A DNA stretch of 64,000 bases from Candidatus Latescibacterota bacterium (lineage in GTDB: Bacteria; Latescibacterota; UBA2968; GCA-2709665). The stretch lies in the NCBI GenBank assembly GCA_965208835.1, contig OZ242358.1, positions 256,001 to 320,000 of the forward strand, written 5' to 3'. The translations under genes and the position numbers were made by a program. Position 1 is the first letter of the stretch, and each line of letters begins with the position of its first letter. Positions 49,242 through 58,916 of this stretch are shown piece by piece. Under the pieces are notes generated by a model, which was given only the letters and a program-made list of their open reading frames with translations, had not been told where the DNA came from and did not search any database.

Positions 49242-50697
49242 CTATGGGCGCCAGAAGCCGGTAGATATCATCGGCGCAGAAGAAGAGCGCCAGACATCCC
49301 AGCGCCGTCAGGCACAGGGGGACCACGCAGAACGCCGGGGCTTCCCGGATAGGAGATGGACCGGCGGGCACGGTGGCGGGTGTCGCGAAAAACGCGCGTG
49401 CGACGACCGGCATCAGGTACGCGACGTTCAGGAGCGAGCTGACGATCAACACGCCCACGAGGATTGTCCGGTCCGCATCCGCCGCGCCCAGCGCGAGGTA
49501 CCACTTGCTCCACGAACCGCCGAGCGGGGGCAGGCCGATCACGCTCAGCGATCCCACAAAAAAAGCGAACATGGTAATCGGCATTGTCTTTCCTATGCCC
49601 GCCATATCGCTGATTTCCGTCTTGTGTGCGGCCACCATGATAGCGCCGGCGCAGAAGAACAGCGTGATCTTTCCAAAGGCATGCATCGCAATATGCATGG
49701 AGCCGCCGATAATTCCCCAGCTATTGGCAATAGCCGCGCCGAGTACAACGTAGGACAACTGGCTGACCGTGGAATAGGCGAGACGCGCCTTGAGATTGTC
49801 TTTGGTCAATGCAACCAGGGATGCGATCAGCAGCGTTGCCGCGGCGACGTAGGCAAGCCACAGGCTCGTGCCGGTGTTGGCGAGCAGATCGATGCCGAAG
49901 ATGTAGACCACAATCTTCATCACCGTAAACACGCCGGCTTTGACGACGGCCACGGCGTGCAGCAGCGCGCTCACGGGCGTCGGCGCAACCATTGCCGCGG
50001 GCAGCCAGCGGTGAAAGGGCATCAGCGCCGCCTTGCCGGTCCCGAATGCATATAGCGCCAGCAGTATGCCCACCACGGCCGGGCTCGCTTTACCCGCCAG
50101 GATCCCGCCGGGTTCGAATTCCAGGGTGCCCGTCAGATTCCACGTCCACACCACTGCCAGCAGCATCAGCCCGACCGAGGTGCCGAGCAGTATGCCCATA
50201 TAGATCCTGCCCGACCGGAGCGCTTCCTCCGTCCGATGGTGGGTGACCAGCGGATAGGTCGACAGGGTCAATAGTTCGTAGAAGATGAACAGCGTGAACA
50301 TATTCCGGGCGAATGCAACGCCAAGGGCGCCCGTAATGGCCACCGCAAAGAAGACGTAAAAGCAGGTCTGGCCGGGTTCGTCATGACCGCGCATGTACCC
50401 GATGGAATACAGAGACGTCAGGATCCAGAGCCCCGAGGCGATCAGCCCGAAGAGCATGCCCAGCGGTTCGACTTCAAAGGCAAACGCAAGGCCCGGCATC
50501 ACCTCGAGAATCTCAATACCCGGTCTCGAACCCGACAGAACCTCCGGAACCAAAGAGAGCACGACGAAAAACAGCGCGCCTCCGGTCGCCAGCGTGGCAG
50601 CCTCACGGAGATTGGGCCGTTGTCCGAGAAGACCGATGAGCGGCGCGCCCAGCAGAGGCAGCACAACGGCGAGCAGCGTGGCATTCGAAGCGGTCAT
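49231..50697 (-). CDS. mrpD: Mrp antiporter subunit D family protein (second copy)
   Basis: FYE, KAALMPFHRWLPAAMVAPTPVSALLHAVAVVK, KARLAYST; ATGA overlap. Confidence 0.88.
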   Translation of the reverse strand: MTASNATLLAVVLPLLGAPLIGLLGQRPNLREAATLATGGALFFVVLSLVPEVLSGSRPGIEILEVMPGLAFAFEVEPLGMLFGLIASGLWILTSLYSIGYMRGHDEPGQTCFYVFFAVAITGALGVAFARNMFTLFIFYELLTLSTYPLVTHHRTEEALRSGRIYMGILLGTSVGLMLLAVVWTWNLTGTLEFEPGGILAGKASPAVVGILLALYAFGTGKAALMPFHRWLPAAMVAPTPVSALLHAVAVVKAGVFTVMKIVVYIFGIDLLANTGTSLWLAYVAAATLLIASLVALTKDNLKARLAYSTVSQLSYVVLGAAIANSWGIIGGSMHIAMHAFGKITLFFCAGAIMVAAHKTEISDMAGIGKTMPITMFAFFVGSLSVIGLPPLGGSWSKWYLALGAADADRTILVGVLIVSSLLNVAYLMPVVARAFFATPATVPAGPSPIREAPAFCVVPLCLTALGCLALFFCADDIYRLLAPIAVR

Positions 50698-52211
50698 GGA
50701 GCGATTCCCATCAGCCATCCGGCGGCCTGCCTGGCAACGCCCACGGTGAGGGTCGTCGACATCCCGAAATAGAGGGTGGCCGCAATCAGGATCCACATCG
50801 GGATTTGCATCAGCAGCGGCGCCTCGTCCACGCCGGCCGGAACGGGGGGCTTGCGGAAATAGGCGACTTCAACCACGCGCCATACGTAGACGACCGCCAG
50901 AAGGGAACCCAGCAGGACCAGAACGGCTACCGGCCACCAGCCCTTTTCCAGGGCAGCCAGAACCAGGTACCACTTGCTGATGAAGCCCACCGTTAGAGGG
51001 ACGCCGATCAGGCTGAGCCCACCGAGGACAAAGGCGGCCATGGTCAACGGCATGCGCCGTCCGAGCCCGTGCATATCGTCGAGATTTACGGAGCCCACGC
51101 GGAGGGCAACACAACCCATGCCCAGAAACAGCGCGCCCTTCATCACGGCGTGATTGAAGAGATGGACGATTCCCGCCGTCAGGCCGTTCAACGACCCCGG
51201 CCCGAACCTGACGTCCGGTCCGGCGCCGCTGACCGACACAATACCGACTCCCAGCATCATGTATCCGATCTGAGCGACGCTGGACCAGGCGAGCATGCGC
51301 TTGATGTTGGTCTGGAAGATGGCGACCGTGGAGGCCGCGAATACGGCAAGGAGCGAGAGTGGCAACAGAATGGCGTGCAATCCGACCGTATCGAATGCGA
51401 ATCGGGGTCCGAATATGGTGAAGACGAAACGCAGGAGCACGTAGACGGAGACCTTGGTCGCCGTTGCCGCAAGAAAGGCAGTCACCATGGATGGCGCGTA
51501 ACAATAGGCGTTGGGCAGCCACATGTGCAATGGAAACAGGGCCAGTTTCAGACAGAGGCCGACGCCGAGAAACGCGAACGCCGCCAGCACTGTCCTGGTG
51601 TCCAGAACCGGACCGAGGCGCACCGCGAGGTCCGCCATGTTCAGGGTTCCCGTGGCCATATAAAGGAGGCCCACGCCGATCAGAATGAACGTCGCCCCGA
51701 CGGTTCCCAATACCAGGTATTGGTAGGCGGCCGTCAGGGCGCGGCGGTCGCCGCCAAGGCTGATCAGTGCATAGGTGGAAAGGGAGGAAATCTCGAGAAA
51801 GACGAACAGGTTGAACGCGTCTCCTGTGATGGCGATGCCGAGGAGGCCCGTCAGGCACAGGAGATATGCCGCGTAAAACAGGTAGTGGCGGTCGTGCGGG
51901 ATTTCACGGGCCGCGCTGTGAGGCGCGTAGACCAGTACAACGGCGCCTATGGACGCCACCAGGAGCAATATGAACGCGTTGACCGCATCGATCCGATACT
52001 CGATCCCCCAGGGTGCGCTCCAGCTCCCCATCGCGTATGAGATTGTACCGGCATCCAGGACCCTTATGAGCAGCAGCGCGGCGATCCCCAGCGCCGCCCA
52101 TGCGACAGCCGTGGTGAAGGCCCAGACCAGCATCCTTCGCCTCAACAACAGGCAGACCGGTGCGGCAATGAGGGGAAGGACGATCTGCAGAGCGGGCAAA
52201 TGGTCGGACAT
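50694..52211 (-). CDS. mrpD: Mrp antiporter subunit D
   Basis: DAFNLFVFLEI, KLALFPLHMWLPNAY, TK, KRMLAWSS. Confidence 0.9.
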   Translation of the reverse strand: MSDHLPALQIVLPLIAAPVCLLLRRRMLVWAFTTAVAWAALGIAALLLIRVLDAGTISYAMGSWSAPWGIEYRIDAVNAFILLLVASIGAVVLVYAPHSAAREIPHDRHYLFYAAYLLCLTGLLGIAITGDAFNLFVFLEISSLSTYALISLGGDRRALTAAYQYLVLGTVGATFILIGVGLLYMATGTLNMADLAVRLGPVLDTRTVLAAFAFLGVGLCLKLALFPLHMWLPNAYCYAPSMVTAFLAATATKVSVYVLLRFVFTIFGPRFAFDTVGLHAILLPLSLLAVFAASTVAIFQTNIKRMLAWSSVAQIGYMMLGVGIVSVSGAGPDVRFGPGSLNGLTAGIVHLFNHAVMKGALFLGMGCVALRVGSVNLDDMHGLGRRMPLTMAAFVLGGLSLIGVPLTVGFISKWYLVLAALEKGWWPVAVLVLLGSLLAVVYVWRVVEVAYFRKPPVPAGVDEAPLLMQIPMWILIAATLYFGMSTTLTVGVARQAAGWLMGIAP

Positions 52212-52570
52212 CAGGGCGCCTCCTCACCCTGACCGTAGATATCCTGCTCTTCTATTGTGCCGTAGGCTTCCTGTATCCGCACCACCAGTGCCAACCCCAA
52301 CGATGTCGTGGCGATACCGACCACGATCGCCGTGAGAATGAGTACGTGCGGCAGCGGATTCGAGTAGCTCTGCACCCCCTCCGCGATAATCGGCGCGCTA
52401 CCGCCGGAGACCTTGCCCAGGCTGATGTAGAACAGGAAGACGGACGTCTGAAAGATATTCAGGCCGATCAGTTTCTTGACCAGGTTGCCGCTGGCGATCA
52501 CCGCGTAGAAACCGATCATCATCAGGACGATGACGATCCAGTAGTTGAATAGACCCGGGAGCGCGGTCAT
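52211..52570 (-). CDS. mrpC: Mrp antiporter subunit C
   Basis: NLVKKLIGL, NPLPHVLILTAIVVG. Confidence 0.92.
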   Translation of the reverse strand: MTALPGLFNYWIVIVLMMIGFYAVIASGNLVKKLIGLNIFQTSVFLFYISLGKVSGGSAPIIAEGVQSYSNPLPHVLILTAIVVGIATTSLGLALVVRIQEAYGTIEEQDIYGQGEEAP

Positions 52571-52986
52571 GATCGTGCCCTGCCGGCAAACGCGAAGAAG
52601 ACTCCGATAATCACCGAAGCCACGGTGATTCCCACGCCCAGTTCGATCAAGAGAATTCCCAGATGCTGACCGCCCACCGGATCAGCACCAAGCACGCCGT
52701 AGTCCAGGTAGCGGCCGCCCTTCAATATTCCCGCGACCCCGGTAACGGCATACAGGAGCAGGCCCAGGGCAATGACAATTTCCACGATGCCGGGCCCGAC
52801 CACCCGCTTTGCCTCGTCCAGGCCGAAAATCAGTGTGTACAGCACGAACCCCGCCGCAAAGATCACACCCGCCTGGAACCCGCCCCCGGGCCCGAAATCG
52901 CCGTGAAACTGGACATAAAGCGCAAACAGAAGGATCAGCGGGATGAACAGCTTGGCGATGACCCTGGGTATGATCTGGTGTTTCAC
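52567..52986 (-). CDS. mrpB: Mrp antiporter subunit B (MnhB domain)
   Basis: HGDFGPGGGFQAG, IELGVG; GTGA overlap start. Confidence 0.9.
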   Translation of the reverse strand: MKHQIIPRVIAKLFIPLILLFALYVQFHGDFGPGGGFQAGVIFAAGFVLYTLIFGLDEAKRVVGPGIVEIVIALGLLLYAVTGVAGILKGGRYLDYGVLGADPVGGQHLGILLIELGVGITVASVIIGVFFAFAGRARS

Positions 52987-53552
52987 CGCTCTTCCTCCCG
53001 GTCGCGGCCTGGCCGTGACCCCTTCAGCAGCAGCAACACCCCGACGCCCGCGCAAAAGATCACCGTGGTCTCACCGAGCGTATCGTATCCCCGGTAGCTG
53101 GCAAGGACTGAAGTCACAATATTCTCAACGTCGACGCGCTTTGCTGAACCATCGACGTGGGGTACGGAATCCTTGAGAAATTCCGGCGCAATATGGGTAT
53201 GGACCGGCGCTTCGGCGTCGCCGAACCTCGGCATGTCCAGCGTCCCGTAGATCAGGACCGCCCCCGTCGCCAGGACCACGAGAAGAGGAAGCGGAGACGG
53301 TCGGGAAGGCCTCTTCTCCACCCGGGTTGTCAGCAGGAGGGTCCCGAGAAGCAGTACGGTCGAGATGCCCGCTCCCACGGCAGCCTCTGTAAACGCCACG
53401 TCGACGGCGTCCATCACGGTAAACAACCCCGCGGAAAGCAGGCTGAAGATCCCGGCCAGGATCACGGAGGCGAGCAGATTGCGGATGAGGACGACGGCGA
53501 CGGCGGTGGCGACCAGGAACGCCAGCAGAACAGCGTCGATGAGTTCGATCAT
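52983..53552 (-). CDS. DUF4040 / MrpA C-terminal-like subunit (B')
   Basis: DAVDVAFTEAAVGAG, NIVTSVLASYRGYDTLGE. Confidence 0.88.
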   Translation of the reverse strand: MIELIDAVLLAFLVATAVAVVLIRNLLASVILAGIFSLLSAGLFTVMDAVDVAFTEAAVGAGISTVLLLGTLLLTTRVEKRPSRPSPLPLLVVLATGAVLIYGTLDMPRFGDAEAPVHTHIAPEFLKDSVPHVDGSAKRVDVENIVTSVLASYRGYDTLGETTVIFCAGVGVLLLLKGSRPGRDREEER

Positions 53553-53866
53553 GGTTGGCGGCTATCCTCGTGGCGGAGAGGCTTCAATCCGGAGGTAAAA
53601 GCGGCCTTTGCAACCGCGTGGGTCGATGCCGGGCCGGTCAAAAAGATCAGCAGGAGGATCAGAAACAGCTTGACGGTGACCATGCTGAGGCCGCCCTGCA
53701 GCATCAGCCCGACAAGCAAAAGCCCGGCGCCGAACGTATCCGTAATTCCGGCGCCGTGCATGCGGCTGTAAAAATCGGGAAGTCTGATCAGCCCGATACC
53801 GCCCACGATGCAGAAGAACGACCCCAGGAGCAGACATGCCCAGCTGGCGACATCGTTGACCATCAT
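53549..53866 (-). CDS. mrpG: Mrp antiporter subunit G
   Basis: GLIRLPDFYSRMH, P..THA. Confidence 0.92.
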   Translation of the reverse strand: MMVNDVASWACLLLGSFFCIVGGIGLIRLPDFYSRMHGAGITDTFGAGLLLVGLMLQGGLSMVTVKLFLILLLIFLTGPASTHAVAKAAFTSGLKPLRHEDSRQP

Positions 53867-54150
53867 CTGGTGGACTCTCCGCTCTCGCCGTCAGCTGAAC
53901 CAAAACTGCCGTACTGAACAAACTTGAGTACGGCAAATGTTCCGATGAAGTTCAGCAGGACGTAGATCAGCGCCAGGTCGAGAAAATCCGGCCTGCCGGT
54001 AAGAAAGCCCAGCACCGCGATCAGGAGAATCATCTTGGTGCCGAACATATTCGCGGCGAGGATACGGTCGTAAACCGTCGGACCCGCGAACGCCCGAATC
54101 AGAGCCAGAACCATCGTAATCAGGACCGCCGCCATCGCCGATGCAAACAT
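53863..54150 (-). CDS. mrpF: Mrp antiporter subunit F
   Basis: GPTVYDRILA, DLALIY..LNF; start MFASAM at 54150 (TGATG overlap). Confidence 0.9.
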   Translation of the reverse strand: MFASAMAAVLITMVLALIRAFAGPTVYDRILAANMFGTKMILLIAVLGFLTGRPDFLDLALIYVLLNFIGTFAVLKFVQYGSFGSADGESGESTR

Positions 54151-54635
54151 CAGGACTCTCCCTCCAGTGCCGTGACGCGGCGATCCATCCCGCCGTCCGC
54201 GAGTTCCTCCGCGCTTTCGAGCGAGAGCGCGTGGACCAGCACGACATCGTCTTGCACGTCCACCGACACGGTCCCTGGAGTCAGTGTGATCGAGTTGGCG
54301 TAGATGACCTTCCCGAGCGCGGTTTTCTGGGTTGCCCGGGTACGAATCAGGGTGGGGCTGACCGGCAGCCGCGGATTCAGTATTCGCAATGCCACGTCGA
54401 TATTGGACCGGAAGATGGCAAGCAGCAGCCAGGGAACGTACAGGATTGCGCGGCCGGCCAGGTGGATGGGATGCCCCTCGGAATCGACGATACGCATTCG
54501 CCGGACGATGCCGACCACCGCCAGACATGAGACGATTCCCAGAACGAGAACCAGCGTTCGTTCGATGGTATAATGGCCCGACCAGAGCAGCCATACACCG
54601 AACAACGTAACGCCAAGACTCAGCAGAATTCTCAA
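54150..54635 (-). CDS. mrpE: Mrp antiporter subunit E
   Basis: WLLWSG, SNIDVA, ANSITLTPGT, VHAL; TTG start 9 nt after GGAGG. Confidence 0.9.
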   Translation of the reverse strand: MRILLSLGVTLFGVWLLWSGHYTIERTLVLVLGIVSCLAVVGIVRRMRIVDSEGHPIHLAGRAILYVPWLLLAIFRSNIDVALRILNPRLPVSPTLIRTRATQKTALGKVIYANSITLTPGTVSVDVQDDVVLVHALSLESAEELADGGMDRRVTALEGES

Positions 54636-54712
54636 ACCCGGTTCCCTCCGATTCCGTCCTGTCCCGGCACTGACCCGCCATTCGGAAATCCATCCAGGGA
54701 CGGAACACCCAC
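54636..54712 (-). promoter_or_regulatory. candidate riboswitch-like structured leader of mrpE
   Basis: Alternative helices and an anti-SD (UUUCCGA vs UCGGAGG); see findings. Confidence 0.4.
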
Positions 54713-54749
54713 CGCGCAACTGCGGACCGCGCCCGATGTCCGGTTCGAC

Positions 54750-56270
54750 CTATCTGATTTGCTCATCTTTGCGAACCGTCGCGAAGAGTTCGTTCAGGCT
54801 TTCGATCTGCCGGATGCGCACCTGTTCGATCACGAGCTTTGCGGACAACTCGGTCTTTTTCAGAAACGCGCCCGGGTACAGGCCAATCCAGAACATCAGG
54901 ACCACCAGGGGCGTCATAATGAACCATTCACGCAGGGACAGGTCCGGCAGATTCCGGTTGCGTTCGTCTTTCACCTCTCCCCACACCACGCGCTGGAACA
55001 TCCACAGCATGTACACGGCGGCAAGGACGACACCCGACGCGGCTATGATGCCATACACCATGTTTGCCTTAAAGGCTCCGAGAAGGATCAGAAACTCGCC
55101 GACAAACCCGTTCAGCCCGGGAAGTCCGATGGAAGAAAGCGTTGTAATCAAAAAGAAGGTGGCGAATACCGGAATGGTTTTGGCCAGTCCGCCATAATCC
55201 GCAATCAGCCGCGTATGCCGTCGTTCGTATATCATGCCCACGATCAGAAACAGCGCTCCCGTTGAAAGTCCGTGGTTCACCATCTGGATGATTCCGCCCT
55301 GCATACCCTGGGCGTTCATGGCAAAGATGCCCAGGACCACGAAACCCAGGTGGCTCACACTCGAGTACGCCACCAGTTTCTTGATGTCCGTCTGTACCAT
55401 CGCGACCAGGGCGCCGTACACGATGCCGACCACGGAGAGCGCCATGATGTAAGGCGTGAAGTACAACGCCGCCAGCGGGAACAGCGGCAGACAGAACCGG
55501 ATCAACCCGTAGGTCCCCATCTTGAGCAGAACCCCCGCCAGGATGACACTGCCCGCCGTTGGCGCCTCCACGTGCGCGTCCGGCAACCAGGTATGAAGCG
55601 GGAACAGCGGGACCTTTATGGCGAAACTCAGGAAGAACGCCAGGAAGAGCCAGTGTTGTTGCGGGTGCAGATAGGTCATCTTCTGAAGAACCATGAGATC
55701 GAAGGTACCGTACTGCAGACCGAGATAGACAATCGCCACGAGCATCAACAGGCTGCCCGCCAGGGTAAACAGCACGAACTTCACCGCCGCATAGATCCGA
55801 CGTTCGCCGCCCCAGACGCCGATCAACAGAACCATCGGAATCAGCATGGCCTCCCAGAACACGTAGAAGAGGAACAGGTCAAGGGCGCAGAACACCCCTA
55901 CCATCCCCGTTTCCAGCAGAAGCATCGAAGCCATGTACTCCCGCACACGGGACGTGATCGACGACCATGAGGCAAGAATCGCCAGGAAGGTGAGCAGCGT
56001 GGTCACCAGTACCAGCAACAGGCTGATTCCGTCGATCCCCACGAAATACGAGATGCCGAACTGGCCCACCCATTCTGCCTTTTCCACAAACTGCATCCCG
56101 GGAACGCCCGCTCTGAATTCGACGTACAGCAAGACAGACAGCAGCAGGTTCACAAATGCCACGGCCAGAGCGAAAGCGCGGCTGAATCCGTCCCGCCCGC
56201 GACCGAACAGCAGGACCAGCACGCCGCCGGTCAACGGTATGAAGATCAGGCTTGTAAGGAGTCCGGGCAT
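54750..56270 (-). CDS. nuoM: NADH-quinone oxidoreductase subunit M
   Basis: GIDGIS, FWE, KVPLFPLHTWLPDAHVEAP, LLKMG, FVGE. Confidence 0.96.
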   Translation of the reverse strand: MPGLLTSLIFIPLTGGVLVLLFGRGRDGFSRAFALAVAFVNLLLSVLLYVEFRAGVPGMQFVEKAEWVGQFGISYFVGIDGISLLLVLVTTLLTFLAILASWSSITSRVREYMASMLLLETGMVGVFCALDLFLFYVFWEAMLIPMVLLIGVWGGERRIYAAVKFVLFTLAGSLLMLVAIVYLGLQYGTFDLMVLQKMTYLHPQQHWLFLAFFLSFAIKVPLFPLHTWLPDAHVEAPTAGSVILAGVLLKMGTYGLIRFCLPLFPLAALYFTPYIMALSVVGIVYGALVAMVQTDIKKLVAYSSVSHLGFVVLGIFAMNAQGMQGGIIQMVNHGLSTGALFLIVGMIYERRHTRLIADYGGLAKTIPVFATFFLITTLSSIGLPGLNGFVGEFLILLGAFKANMVYGIIAASGVVLAAVYMLWMFQRVVWGEVKDERNRNLPDLSLREWFIMTPLVVLMFWIGLYPGAFLKKTELSAKLVIEQVRIRQIESLNELFATVRKDEQIR

Positions 56271-56419
56271 GCGTTCGATTCCTAAACCTTGATTCGTAAG
56301 ATTTCGTAGACGTTAAATCGAATATGTGCTAGTTAATAAAGGCGATTGGAAAGCGGATTACCAGGATACACCAGGTCACTGGACGCGTTCGTGACCTCTC
56401 CTCCCAGCAGCCCGACCAC

Positions 56420-56580
56420 CGGGTGAGACGTAAGACGGGAGAGGGTAGAGATTACCAGCCTTGTGAGGATTCTTCTCGTGCCGGAGGCAAGAAGGTACAA
56501 AAATAGCGGGCGAGTATTTCTTCTACCGTCTACCGGCTCCCGTCTCACCGCTTTTCGTCTGCCCTCTACCCTCTACCCGC
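56420..56580 (+). repeat. Family A repeat between nuoL and nuoM
   Basis: CCTTGTGAGG...GTGCCGGAGGCAAGAAGG core with heptamer arms. Confidence 0.85.
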
Positions 56581-56630
56581 ATTCAGACTTTTCGTGGCCA
56601 ATATGACTGTCGCCTTTTTTCGAATTGAGG

Positions 56631-58502
56631 TTAATTTTCCGACACATAATAAATCACCGCAACCACGCCAAGCACCATCCAGAGCGCATAGGTAGGCGCG
56701 TTACCCGACTGGAAGCGGGTAACGACCCAGCCGCCGCCTTTCACCAGCAGACCCAGCCCGTTCGCGATCCCATCCACCACGATTGCATCGATAACACGCG
56801 CCAATACCAGCGAAAGCCGATGAATCGGCCGCACAATGAAGGCGTGGTAAATCTCGTCGACGTACCACTTTCGAGTCAGCAGCCCGTGAACGGAATTGGA
56901 GGATTCCGCTCCCAGCCGGCCCGCTCTGTGCATCCGGTATGCAATCCCGATTCCGAGCAGACCCGCAAGGACGGAAATCCCCACCAGCATCCCACCGGAC
57001 AATCCTCCCGATGCAGTATGACGGGCCGCGCCGGCCGTATCGTTCAGGAATGCATCGATCCAGCCCTGCCCCGGTGGAACGCCCACGAAGCCGACGACGG
57101 CCGATCCCAGCGCCAGAACGACCAGCGGGACGGTCATGTTATACGGGGACTCGTGAGCGTGGTCGTACAGCTGCCGGTCCCGGGGCTGTCCATGGAACGT
57201 CATCAGGATCAGCCGGAACATATAAAAAGCCGTAAGGACAGCCCCCACGACGCCGAGAGCCCAGATCGCCAGGTTTCCGGAGCGGTACGCACTCACCAGG
57301 ATTTCGTCCTTGCTCCAGAAGCCGGCCAGCGGCGGAATTCCCGCGATGGCGAGCGCGCCGATCCAGAACGTAACGCCGGTGATCCGCATCTTGCGCAGCA
57401 GCCCTCCCATCTTCCGCATATCCAGTTCGTCCTGCATCGCATGCATCACACTGCCCGCCGCCAGAAACATCAGACCCTTGAAGAAAGCGTGCGTGAACAG
57501 GTGGAAAATTCCGGCAGTATATGCGCCCACCCCCACGCCAATGAACATGTACCCCAGCTGGCTGACCGTTGAATAGGCAAGCACCCGCTTGATGTCGGTA
57601 TTCACCAGCGCGATGGTCGCGGCCAGCAACGCCGTGGCGACGCCGACCCAGGCCACTACGGTGCCGGCGGTGGGCGCGAGCATATAAAGCACATTCGAGC
57701 GCGCGACCATATAGACCCCCGCCGTGACCATCGTGGCCGCATGGATCAGGGAACTCACGGGCGTGGGACCTTCCATCGCATCGGGCAGCCAGACGTAAAG
57801 CGGAAACTGCGCCGACTTCCCGCAGGCGCCCACGAAGAGAAGCAGCGCAATCGCCGTCGCGACCCCCGTAGACAACATCAGAGGCGCCTTTTCGAATACC
57901 TCGGTGTACTGCACCGTGCCCAGATAGCTTACCATCAAAAAAATGCCGAGCAGGAAACCGAAGTCCCCGATCCGGTTCACGATGAACGCCTTCTTGCCGG
58001 CATCGGAAGCGGACTTCCGCTCGTACCAGAAGCCGATGAGGAGATATGAACACAATCCCACGCCTTCCCACCCCACGAACATCAGCAGATAATTGTTCGC
58101 GAGCACCAGAACCAGCATCGAGAAGACAAAAAGGTTCAGGTATGCGAAGAATCTGGCAAACCCCGGGTCGTTGCGCATGTATCCGATAGAATACACATGG
58201 ATCAGAAACGAGATTGTCGTCACCGTCACGATCATGATCGTTGACAATGCATCGACCTGGAACCCCACCGAGGCTTTGAACGACCCCGCCGCAATCCACG
58301 CGTACACGTCTTCATTCAATTCTCCTCCGCCCATCACCCAGAACAGAACGCGCAGTGACAGAATCCAGGAGAGACCGACGGCCGCGGCGCCGATGTATCC
58401 GGACGCCTCCCGAAGCCGGTACCCGAACAAACCGTTGACGGCCGCGCCGGCAAGCGGAAAGAGAATGATCAGAATGACTACGGTCAGCATTTTCAATTCC
58501 AT
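56631..58502 (-). CDS. nuoL: NADH-quinone oxidoreductase subunit L
   Basis: GWEGVG, NRIGD, GKSAQ, WLPDAMEGPTPVS, HAFFK, SKDEI, lateral helix; exact start uncertain. Confidence 0.96.
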   Translation of the reverse strand: MELKMLTVVILIILFPLAGAAVNGLFGYRLREASGYIGAAAVGLSWILSLRVLFWVMGGGELNEDVYAWIAAGSFKASVGFQVDALSTIMIVTVTTISFLIHVYSIGYMRNDPGFARFFAYLNLFVFSMLVLVLANNYLLMFVGWEGVGLCSYLLIGFWYERKSASDAGKKAFIVNRIGDFGFLLGIFLMVSYLGTVQYTEVFEKAPLMLSTGVATAIALLLFVGACGKSAQFPLYVWLPDAMEGPTPVSSLIHAATMVTAGVYMVARSNVLYMLAPTAGTVVAWVGVATALLAATIALVNTDIKRVLAYSTVSQLGYMFIGVGVGAYTAGIFHLFTHAFFKGLMFLAAGSVMHAMQDELDMRKMGGLLRKMRITGVTFWIGALAIAGIPPLAGFWSKDEILVSAYRSGNLAIWALGVVGAVLTAFYMFRLILMTFHGQPRDRQLYDHAHESPYNMTVPLVVLALGSAVVGFVGVPPGQGWIDAFLNDTAGAARHTASGGLSGGMLVGISVLAGLLGIGIAYRMHRAGRLGAESSNSVHGLLTRKWYVDEIYHAFIVRPIHRLSLVLARVIDAIVVDGIANGLGLLVKGGGWVVTRFQSGNAPTYALWMVLGVVAVIYYVSEN

Positions 58503-58533
58503 GCAAATCAACAGACAGGGTAAAACGCAACGC

Positions 58534-58839
58534 CTACCATTTCAACAGATTCACGTCACCCACGTCCAAAGTCTGCCTGTTCCTGTAGAGCGCAATGATG
58601 ATCGCCAGTCCGACCGCCACTTCGGCAGCGGACACCGCCATCACGAAAAACACGAATACCTGTCCGGAACCCGAACCCATATAGCGCGCCATCGTCACAA
58701 ACAGGAGATTGACCGCGTTCAGCATCAGTTCGATGCACATGAAGATCACGATCGCATTGCGACGAATCAGCACGCCCGTCACGCCGATGGCGAACAGCAT
58801 CGCGCTCAGTATCAGATAATAGGTAACCGGAACTGCCAT
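58534..58839 (-). CDS. nuoK: NADH-quinone oxidoreductase subunit K
   Basis: [18 protein letters not shown]. Confidence 0.96.
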   Translation of the reverse strand: MAVPVTYYLILSAMLFAIGVTGVLIRRNAIVIFMCIELMLNAVNLLFVTMARYMGSGSGQVFVFFVMAVSAAEVAVGLAIIIALYRNRQTLDVGDVNLLKW

Positions 58840-58916
58840 CTCGATCTCACTGTTATGCGGCCTTCACGAATTCACCGCGAATACAAAAGCCGGACGGGCG
58901 TTTGCGCCCTGACGAA

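Noticed and set aside
56631-56900. 2M-type complex I with an extended NuoL lateral helix
   Set aside because: Only one nuoM is present and the NuoL helix (KWYVD...QSG) looks standard in length, so the extra antiporters are unlikely to be added in series to the Nuo arm.
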